Shown: piece by piece, positions 56,958 through 64,000 of the stretch
Position numbering within the stretch: position 1 is the stretch's first letter
Layout of the letters: each line of letters begins with the position of its first letter
From: an uncultured Actinomycetes bacterium
Lineage (GTDB): Bacteria; Actinomycetota; Thermoleophilia; UBA2241
DNA length: 64,000 nucleotides
Reading direction: 5' to 3'
Assembly: GCA_963767005.1 (NCBI GenBank)
Contig: CAVYCN010000018.1
Span: 80,823-144,822 of the forward strand
The notes under the pieces: generated by a model
Databases searched by the model: none
What the model was told of the DNA's origin: nothing
Seen by the model: only the letters and a program-made list of their open reading frames with translations
Translations under genes and position numbers: made by a program

Positions 56958-58823
56958 TCATCGCGTGACCTTGCGCGCGGCGCCGTTCTCGTGCGGCGCC
57001 TGCAGGAGCTTGAGCGACTGCAGGTAGAGCAGGCTTTTCGGGCGCCGCACGATGTGGCTGGCCGACAGCGCCTCGACGAAGTCGTCGGGCCCTGTGAACT
57101 CGCCCATGCCGGTGAGGGCGGTACCCAGGCCGGGTAGCACGTGCGCGTCGCTGCCGGCCGCGGCCGGCACCCGGTGGCGCGCCGCGAACCGCACGGCGCG
57201 CTCGTTGAAACCGGGGTAGGCGATGCGCGAGTTGAAGACCTCGATCACGTCGATATCGGTGAGGTTGGCCTTGAGCAGCGTGCTGCCGGGCACCGAGTGG
57301 AGGCGGTCGAAGGGGTGCGGCACGTAGACGACGCCGCCCTGCTCCTTGATGCGGGCGATCGTCTCGGCGAACGTGAGGCCGGGCGGGATGCGCTCGGTGA
57401 GGAACAGGCCGATCACCTCGCCCTCGATCGTCTTGACCTCTTCGCCGACGATCACGCGCACGCCGTAGCGCTCGGCCACGGCCTGGGCCTCGAGACCGCC
57501 GGCGATCTCGTTGTGGTCGGTCACGGCGATGACGTCGAGCCCCACCTCGGCGGCCCGCTCGAGGATCTCCTCGACGCCCATCGCGCAGTCCTTGGAGTGA
57601 TGGGTGTGCACGTGGAAGTCGGCGAACAGCTCGGGCTCGGCGTGGCGCCGCGGCGCCGAGCGGCGCCGCAGGCGGCCCTTGATCACGTCCTGGTAGAGCT
57701 GCATGACCTCGGCCGAGACGATGTCCCAGCTGTAGCGCTGCACGGTCTCGAGGCCGCGCGCCGCACAGGCCTCGCGCAGGGCGTCGTCGCGCAGCAGGCG
57801 CCCGAGCCCGGCGGCGAGGGCACGGGCCTTGCGCGGCGGCACGAGCAGCCCCTCGGCGCCGTCGCGCACGACGTCGCGGTAGCCGTCGATGTCCGAGGCA
57901 AGGACGGCGGTGTGAGTCGCCATGGCTTCGAGCAGGACGATGCCGAACGACTCGTTGCCGAGCGACGGCGCGCAGAACACGTCGGCGCCCTGATAGAGCT
58001 CGGGCAGGTCGTCGTGGGCGACACGGCCGCGAAAGCGCACGTGGCCGACGAAGCGTTCGGGCACGAGGTGTCCGTAGGCGGCGGCGTGGTCGTCGCTGCC
58101 GCAGACGTCGAGCTCGAACTCGAGGTCGCGGGGCAGGTAGCGCAGGGCGCGCAGCAGCACGGCGAGGCCCTTGCGACGCGACTCGCCGCCCACGAACAGC
58201 ACGCGCGCCGGCCCCGGCCGGCGCGCCGCCGGCGGGCGGAAGCGCGTGAGGTCGATGCCGTTGGGGATCACGCGGAACTGACCGGCGAAGTAGCGGGCCG
58301 CCGTGTCGCGGGCCGCCGGCGACACGGCGACGACGCCGTCGAACACCGGGAACACGCGCTTCAGGATGGGCTTGCCGAGCCAGTACCAGAAGAAGCGCTC
58401 CGAGTTGGCGTGGAAGGTGGCCACGATGGGGCACTCGGCGTGGTTCATGGCCGTCCAGCCCAGGCTCGGCACGAAGGGTTCGTGGATGTGCAGCACGTCG
58501 AACTCCTCGTTCTCGAGCACGACGTCGACGTTGGAGAGCAGGTCGATCGGCGGCGAGAGATAGCTCACCGAGCGGTTGTGCCGCACCGAGAAGGTGCCGC
58601 CGGCGAAGAAGTGACGCGGGTAGGGCTCGTCGGGCGCGAAGAGGCTGTCGCGCTCGCCGAGCAGCACCTCGCGCACGCGCTCGCGGGCCGCCTTGACCGC
58701 CAGGCGGTCGTCGCTCGGCGCGATGATCGTCACCCGGTGGCCCTGGGTGGTGAAACGCTCGGCGAGCGCCGCGATATGGTTGTTCACGCCGCCGGGCACC
58801 GTCCAGGCATACGGCGTGAGCAT
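56958..58823 (-). CDS. GT4 glycosyltransferase (PimA-like) fused to a PHP domain
   Basis: PGGVNNH, HIHEP, PNGID, RKG, ESFGIVLLEAM, then DFHVHT, TDHNE and GSDAH; the true start may be a few codons upstream. Confidence 0.87.
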   Translation of the reverse strand: MLTPYAWTVPGGVNNHIAALAERFTTQGHRVTIIAPSDDRLAVKAARERVREVLLGERDSLFAPDEPYPRHFFAGGTFSVRHNRSVSYLSPPIDLLSNVDVVLENEEFDVLHIHEPFVPSLGWTAMNHAECPIVATFHANSERFFWYWLGKPILKRVFPVFDGVVAVSPAARDTAARYFAGQFRVIPNGIDLTRFRPPAARRPGPARVLFVGGESRRKGLAVLLRALRYLPRDLEFELDVCGSDDHAAAYGHLVPERFVGHVRFRGRVAHDDLPELYQGADVFCAPSLGNESFGIVLLEAMATHTAVLASDIDGYRDVVRDGAEGLLVPPRKARALAAGLGRLLRDDALREACAARGLETVQRYSWDIVSAEVMQLYQDVIKGRLRRRSAPRRHAEPELFADFHVHTHHSKDCAMGVEEILERAAEVGLDVIAVTDHNEIAGGLEAQAVAERYGVRVIVGEEVKTIEGEVIGLFLTERIPPGLTFAETIARIKEQGGVVYVPHPFDRLHSVPGSTLLKANLTDIDVIEVFNSRIAYPGFNERAVRFAARHRVPAAAGSDAHVLPGLGTALTGMGEFTGPDDFVEALSASHIVRRPKSLLYLQSLKLLQAPHENGAARKVTR

Positions 58824-58992
58824 GGCGATCCTGTACCCCGAAGCGTCCAGCGAAGCGTCCCCCGCCGATCGTCGCCGGGCGCCGCTCCCCGTCGCACGGG
58901 ACGGCGACCGACCGTCCTCGCCCGCTCCCTGCGGAGCGGCCCTGGTTTCCGGTCCGCCGCGCCGCCGGTCGCGGCCGGGCGGACCGCCCGCG

Positions 58993-60096
58993 TCAGCCCT
59001 GGCAGACCGCCGTGGCGCCCCGGCCCTCGCCGCAGATGAACTGCTCGGTGAGCTCGCGGCACTCGTCGTCGGGGTGCTGCACCGGCGGCGACTTCATGAA
59101 GTACGAGCTCGGCGCCTCGAGGCTGCCGGCCAGGCCGCGATCGAGACCGATCTTGGCGCAGCGCACCGCGTCGATCACGATGCCAGCCGAGTTGGGCGAG
59201 TCGACGACCTCGAGCTTGAGCTCGATGTTCAGGGGCACGTCACCGAAGGTGCGGCCCTCCATGCGGATGTAGGCCCACTTGCGGTCGTCGAGCCACTTGA
59301 CGTAGTCGCTCGGGCCGATGTGCACGTTGTCGGCCCCCATGTCGTAGTCGAGCTGGCTGGTGACCGAGTTCGTCTTGGAGATCTTCTTCGACTCGAGGCG
59401 CTCGCGCTCGAGCATGTTGAGGAAGTCGGTGTTGCCGCCCACGTTCAACTGGCTCGTGCGCTCGAGCTTGACGCCGCGCTCGCGCATGAGCCGCGTGAGC
59501 ACCCGGTGCACGATGGTCGCCCCGACCTGGCTTTTGATGTCGTCGCCGATGATCGGCACGCCGGCTTCGACGAAGCGCTTCTGCCAGTACGCCTCGCGGG
59601 CGATGAAGACCGGGATGCAGTTCACCATGGCACAGCCGGCCGTGAGGATCTGCTCGGTGTACCACTTGGTGGCCTCTTCGCTGCCCACGGGCAGGTAGTT
59701 GACGACCACGTCGGCCTGGGTCTCCTTGAGGATGCCGACGATGTCGGCGGTCGGTCCCGACGCCTTGGTGATGATCTGCGACAGGTACTTGCCGAGGCCG
59801 TCGTGGGTCATGCCGCGCGCCACCGTGACGCCCTTGGCCGGCACGTCGGCGAACTTCACGGTGTTGTTGGGCGTCACGAAGATGGCTTCGGAGAGATCCT
59901 TGCCGACCTTGTTCTTGTCGATGTCGATCGCCGCGACGAACTCGATGTCGCGCACGTGGTAGCCGCCCACGACGGGGTGCATGAGGCCGGGCACGAAGTC
60001 GGTCTTCTTGGCGTTCTTGTAGAACTCGACGCCCTGCACGAACGACGACGCGCAGTTGCCGACACCGACGATGGCTACGCGAACCGGGTTACTCAA
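58993..60096 (-). CDS. ino1: myo-inositol-1-phosphate synthase
   Basis: [30 protein letters not shown] and DSPNSAG; TTG start with a strong RBS. Confidence 0.95.
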   Translation of the reverse strand: MSNPVRVAIVGVGNCASSFVQGVEFYKNAKKTDFVPGLMHPVVGGYHVRDIEFVAAIDIDKNKVGKDLSEAIFVTPNNTVKFADVPAKGVTVARGMTHDGLGKYLSQIITKASGPTADIVGILKETQADVVVNYLPVGSEEATKWYTEQILTAGCAMVNCIPVFIAREAYWQKRFVEAGVPIIGDDIKSQVGATIVHRVLTRLMRERGVKLERTSQLNVGGNTDFLNMLERERLESKKISKTNSVTSQLDYDMGADNVHIGPSDYVKWLDDRKWAYIRMEGRTFGDVPLNIELKLEVVDSPNSAGIVIDAVRCAKIGLDRGLAGSLEAPSSYFMKSPPVQHPDDECRELTEQFICGEGRGATAVCQG

Positions 60097-60265
60097 GGTA
60101 TGTCTCCCCTCCACTTCGCGGCCGGCATCGCCGGACCGACGATATCGCGAGCACGGCCGCGCGAAGCGGCCCACGAAAAGTGCGGTGAACGAGTGCGGAG
60201 TATATCACAGCGCCTCGAGCGGCCCGGCCCTGCGGCGGGCGCCCGGCCGAGCCTTGCGGGGGCCC

Positions 60266-60880
60266 TCAGACGGTCGCCCCGGGGCCCTCGTCGACGAGCT
60301 GCCGGCGCACGTGCAGGATGCGCTGCACGACCGTGTAGGTGGTGAGTGCGGCGATCACCCAGATCATCGCCGGCAGCACGTCGTACCGGGCCGCGAAGAG
60401 GCCGATCGCGAGCAGCACGATGCGCTCGGGACGCGAGGCCACGCCCACCTTGCACTCGAGGCCGAGCGCCTCGGCCCGGGCCCGCGTGTAGGAGACGAGG
60501 AACGACATGACGAGCGCGATGAACACCCCGACGAGGTCCCAGATGCCGCCGTGATGGGCGAAGCGCACGCCGATGGCGAGCAGCACGACGCCCTCGGACA
60601 GGCGGTCGCTCGTCGAGTCGAGGAAGGCGCCGAAGGGCGTGACCTGGGCCGACAGGCGGGCCACGGCGCCGTCGAGCATGTCGCAGCAGCCGGCCAGCAG
60701 CAGGACCACGGCGCCCAGCACGAAGTGGCCGGTCACGAGGAACGGCACGGTCGCCACGTTGAGCACGAGGCCGGCCACGGTCAGGGCGTTCGGCGTGATG
60801 TGCGAGCGGCTCACGATGCGCCCGGCGATCGGCACGACCGCCTGGCGGACGCCGTCGGTATAGGTGTCCTTGAAGCTCAC
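60266..60880 (-). CDS. pgsA: CDP-alcohol phosphatidyltransferase (phosphatidylinositol-phosphate synthase-like)
   Basis: TPNALT, DMLDGAVAR...GAFLDSTSD and VSYTRARAE. Confidence 0.88.
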   Translation of the reverse strand: MSFKDTYTDGVRQAVVPIAGRIVSRSHITPNALTVAGLVLNVATVPFLVTGHFVLGAVVLLLAGCCDMLDGAVARLSAQVTPFGAFLDSTSDRLSEGVVLLAIGVRFAHHGGIWDLVGVFIALVMSFLVSYTRARAEALGLECKVGVASRPERIVLLAIGLFAARYDVLPAMIWVIAALTTYTVVQRILHVRRQLVDEGPGATV

Positions 60881-61701
60881 GCGCCCGAGCGCCGCTCGTC
60901 GTCGCGCACGCGCACGGCGACGGCTTCGGGCGCGGCCGCAGGCGCGAAGCCGTAGTTGGCGGCGAAGGCCACGCCGAGCACGATCACACCGCCGACCACG
61001 TCGATCAGATAGTGGTTGCCGGTGATGATGACGGCCGCCAGCACGACCAGCGGGTAGACGACCGCCACGACACGCGCCAGGCGGTTGCTCGTCAGCAGGT
61101 AGATCCCGAGCGACACGAAGAGCGCGTAGCCGATGTGCAGGCTGGGCATGGCCGCGTACTGGTCGGTCACGAAGGACAGGATGCCCGAGTGGTAGTTGCT
61201 CGAGGAGAACAGGTACATCGTGTCGACGACGCCCGAGGTCGGCACGAGGCGCGGCGGCGCCACCGGCCACAGCGCGAAGGCCGTCATCGCCAGGACGTTC
61301 ATGGTGAGGAAGACGTTGCGCAGGAAGGCGAACGCCTCGTTGCGGTAGAGGTAGATCCAGACGAGCATGAGGACCGTCGCCGGCAGGTGTACGTTGCCGT
61401 AGAACCAGTCCATGAACAGGACCAGCGCGTGGACGTGGTTCGCCATCGTCTGCACGAAGGGCTCGACGTAGAGGTGCAGGGCCTTCTCGGCGTTGATGAT
61501 GGCCTGGGCGTTGGCCATGGCCGCGCCCTGACGGCCGCGCACGGCGATGCGCGCGATGTCGTAGGCGCCGTAGCAGATCGCGAGGAGCGCGAGCTGGCGC
61601 AGCGCGTCGCGCCCGCCGGCCGGCAGGGCTCCCCGCCACGAGCGGGTGAGCTCGATCCCGGAATCACGCAGCCCGAGCTTGCGGTTCATGCGGTCTTTCA
61701 C
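60877..61701 (-). CDS. PAP2_3 / Aur1-Ipt1-like inositol phosphotransferase
   Basis: PVAPPR, YAAMPSLH and NHYLID motifs with multiple TM segments; start uncertain (61701 or 61689). Confidence 0.83.
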   Translation of the reverse strand: MKDRMNRKLGLRDSGIELTRSWRGALPAGGRDALRQLALLAICYGAYDIARIAVRGRQGAAMANAQAIINAEKALHLYVEPFVQTMANHVHALVLFMDWFYGNVHLPATVLMLVWIYLYRNEAFAFLRNVFLTMNVLAMTAFALWPVAPPRLVPTSGVVDTMYLFSSSNYHSGILSFVTDQYAAMPSLHIGYALFVSLGIYLLTSNRLARVVAVVYPLVVLAAVIITGNHYLIDVVGGVIVLGVAFAANYGFAPAAAPEAVAVRVRDDERRSGA

Positions 61702-61902
61702 GTTCGTTCGCTTCTCGGTCTTCGAATCTGGCACACGGACGCCCTCGTCGCATCGACGCCTAGCGCAGTCTAGCTTCCTGCCCCTTCTTCTTCCAGCTTC
61801 GGCGTAAGGCGACACTCCCCGTGATGCCGACGAAACGAGGCGCGGCGGGGATCTTTCGCCCAGGACGGACTGCCGTCATGATGGGGCGGTGAGGGGCATG
61901 CG

Positions 61903-62373
61903 ATGACCGACGGGCCCGCGACGAGCGAGCGCTTGCCGGCGCTCATCAGCGGCGGCGAGGGGCAGCGCGTCGAGTTCAAGCGCTCGCTCAGGCAGCTGAG
62001 CAGAGCCCTGAAAGCGTTGTGCGGCATGCTCAACGCCAACGGCGGCGAGGCCCTCGTCGTGTTCGGCATCGGACCCGACGGGCAGGTGGTGGGGATCGAC
62101 CCGGCCAACCTCGAGTCGGCCCGGCGCAGCCTCTCGCAAGCGGTCCGGAACAACATCCGGCCGGCGCTGCGTCCCCGCCTCGAGGTCGCGCACCTCGACG
62201 GCAGGACGCTGGTCGCGCTGTCGGCCACGAGACCGCGCGACGTGCCGGTCTACGAGTGCGACGGGCGGGCGTACATCAGGGTCGGCTCCCAGACGCTGCG
62301 CATGAGCCCCTTCGAGCGCCTGGCGCTCACGGCGCTTCGCGGCCCGGGTGGAGGAGGTCCTGGTGGGCCGTGA
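61903..62373 (+). CDS. AlbA_2 (Schlafen-like) domain protein
   Basis: GEGQRVEFKRS, LCGMLNANGG...VFGI and YIRVGSQT; the end overlaps the tRNA-Lys 3' end. Confidence 0.82.
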   Translation: MTDGPATSERLPALISGGEGQRVEFKRSLRQLSRALKALCGMLNANGGEALVVFGIGPDGQVVGIDPANLESARRSLSQAVRNNIRPALRPRLEVAHLDGRTLVALSATRPRDVPVYECDGRAYIRVGSQTLRMSPFERLALTALRGPGGGGPGGP

Positions 62374-62436
62374 AGGATTCGAACCTTCGACCTTGGGATT
62401 AAGAGTCCCCTGCTCTACCAACTAAGCTAACGGCCC
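62361..62436 (-). tRNA. tRNA-Lys(CTT)
   Basis: GGGCCGTTAGCTTAGTTGGTAGAGC...CTCTTAA...GGTTCGAATCC...ACCA. Confidence 0.97.
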
Positions 62437-62508
62437 AGGACACGGTCGCATATGGTACCAGCCCGCCGCGCCGCGCACCACCCCGCCGCCGTGGGCGCCG
62501 GCCCCGTC

Positions 62509-62643
62509 CTAGACGGCGAACTCGTGTTCGCCGGCCACGGCGTAGCCCTCGTCTTCGATCGCGGCCTTCACGGCGCCCAGGTCGGCGTCCGGCTCGAGGT
62601 AGACGGTGCAGCTCTTGCTGTCGACGTCGACCTCGACCGAGTC
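62509..62643 (-). pseudogene. copZ: 3' half of a heavy-metal-associated (CopZ-like) chaperone gene
   Basis: Manual translation DSVEVDVDSKSCTVYLEPDADLGAVKAAIEDEGYAVAGEHEFAV*; the upstream in-frame sequence lacks MxCxxC. Confidence 0.7.
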
Positions 62644-62847
62644 CCTGAAGGCGTTATCCGGGGTCGCGCTCGGCCTGTCCGAGTCTCGGAACTTCCCTGC
62701 ACCTGGCCACTTTCGGTTATCCGACGTTCCGCTACTAAGGGCCTCGGAAAACGAAGTCCCGTGGTCAAACCGTGGTCACTCAGACAGGCCGGGCCGATGA
62801 GCGTCGTCGGCGCCGCCATACAGCACTACCAACGAACGGAGGGAGTC

Positions 62848-63321
62848 ATGAACACGCCAGTGAGCATCAGGCCGGGCCGTAAGCGGCCCTACAAGACGGG
62901 CGAGGTCGCTGCGATCCTCGGCGTCTCACCTGCCAAGGCACGCCGCATGTGCGACGCCGACATCTTCCACGCCATCCCCAACCAGGCCGGCCAGCGTTGC
63001 GTGCCAGTTGCCGTCTTCCACCAGTACCTGGCGCCGGGTGATGCAGAGATACCGAAAAGCCGGCTTGTCGACGACGAAGACGACGCCGTTGGCCGTTTCG
63101 CTGGAAGCGGGGTCGAGGTCGATCGCCCCCATGACGGCCACGGCCGCTTCGATGTACTCGGCGGGCGTGTACCATTCGTTGTCGCCGGAGTTGCGAGCGA
63201 CGTGAGGCTTGCTCTCCGTCTCATCGTTCTCGTCGTCGGGAAAGCTCGGGTCGCCGGCCGCGCAGGGGAGCGGCAGGGCGGCAGCGGCCTGCGGGCCGGC
63301 GACCTGAGCTTCGGGCGGTGA
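62848..63321 (+). CDS. Excisionase-like helix-turn-helix protein (only the first ~65 aa look genuine)
   Basis: GGAGGGAG RBS; [22 protein letters not shown]...GQRCVP; the remainder is antisense to the MTase fragment. Confidence 0.6.
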   Translation: MNTPVSIRPGRKRPYKTGEVAAILGVSPAKARRMCDADIFHAIPNQAGQRCVPVAVFHQYLAPGDAEIPKSRLVDDEDDAVGRFAGSGVEVDRPHDGHGRFDVLGGRVPFVVAGVASDVRLALRLIVLVVGKARVAGRAGERQGGSGLRAGDLSFGR

Positions 63322-63400
63322 AGATTCACCGATACCCGTGTCGTCTAGAGCGTCGGTGACGGGCTCGGGTGGTGAATCTTCACCGGCAAGAGCCCTCTGA
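63088..63400 (-). pseudogene. N-terminal fragment of a phage Dam-like DNA N6-adenine methyltransferase
   Basis: [21 protein letters not shown]...[14 protein letters not shown], ending before the NPPY motif. Confidence 0.68.
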
Positions 63401-63559
63401 TCGGGGTGGATGCCGCCACGGTCAATCGCGATCTCGGCGTTGCAAACGCAACGGACGAGCCAGACGACTACCCTCAAGATGATGAGTCCTGTGTTGCAGA
63501 TACAACGCCCCCCGAATCTCAGGCCTCCGGCCCGCAGGCCGCTGCCGCCCTGCTTCATC

Positions 63560-63697
63560 GATGGGCGCCTCCACTTCTCCGGCATGACCGCCGGAGCGCC
63601 CTTCCCCTCCGCCGCCGTGTACCTCGGCGAGAACGTCGCCCGGTTTCACGAGGCGTTCGCAGACATGGGCGACGTCTGGGTCAGGTGGAAGCCATGA
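63560..63697 (+). pseudogene. C-terminal fragment of a phage Dam-like DNA methyltransferase
   Basis: GRLHF...[25 protein letters not shown], typical of this family's C-terminus. Confidence 0.6.
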
Positions 63698-64000
63698 CTG
63701 ACCACCTCAGCCGCGCTGGGTTCGACCTTGACCTGCGTTTCGGCCAAGCGAAAGAAAAGACCTCGAGGCCATCCTGCGCTCGGGTGGCGTAGAGACCATC
63801 GAGTGCAAGTCGGCGGCCGGGCCGAGCGGAGTCTGCGACCCGGCCCGGCCGCCGGCTGGTGGGGCAGGAAGACACCGAGACCCGCCCCGGCGACCGAGAG
63901 CAATCCCGTACTCTCAGCCACACTTCTTCAGCCGCGCAGGGCGGCCGGGATCTGCCCTTCGCCGAGCGGCTCGTCGACCGGGCGGAGGGGGGCCGGCATC

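Larger units (their letters stand above)
62644..64000. mobile_element. Left end of a decayed integrative/prophage-like element
   Basis: Abrupt junction in copZ, lower GC, arm-site-like repeats (ccgtggtca x2, gttatccg x2), excisionase-like HTH and phage methyltransferase fragments. Confidence 0.65.

Overview
Very GC-rich bacterial chromosomal segment, most likely an actinobacterium; the inference rests on hspR with HAIR boxes, inositol-lipid genes and a 6C-type RNA. The standout is three paralogous dimethylamine methyltransferase (MtbB-family) genes at 15.5-22.5 kb. Each is split in the ORF track by an in-frame TAG at exactly codon 345, the family's pyrrolysine site, which implies amber recoding to pyrrolysine. 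TAG is still a common true stop elsewhere in the window, and no pylTSBCD, corrinoid protein or RamA is visible. To the left lies a PucR-associated nitrogen-catabolic cluster: DDAH/amidinotransferase, nitrilase, NCS1 permease, cyclase, atypical transcarbamylase, Fe-ADH and D-aminoacylase. It could supply the methylamine substrate. The rest contains c-di-GMP proteins, a vapBC pair, tRNA-Thr, a 6C-like sRNA with a phased operator array, ligA and surE. It also holds a dnaK-hsp20-grpE-dnaJ-hspR-clpC operon, rlmD, an inositol-phospholipid cluster with a presenilin-like gene and tRNA-Lys. At the right edge a decayed phage-like element truncates copZ.
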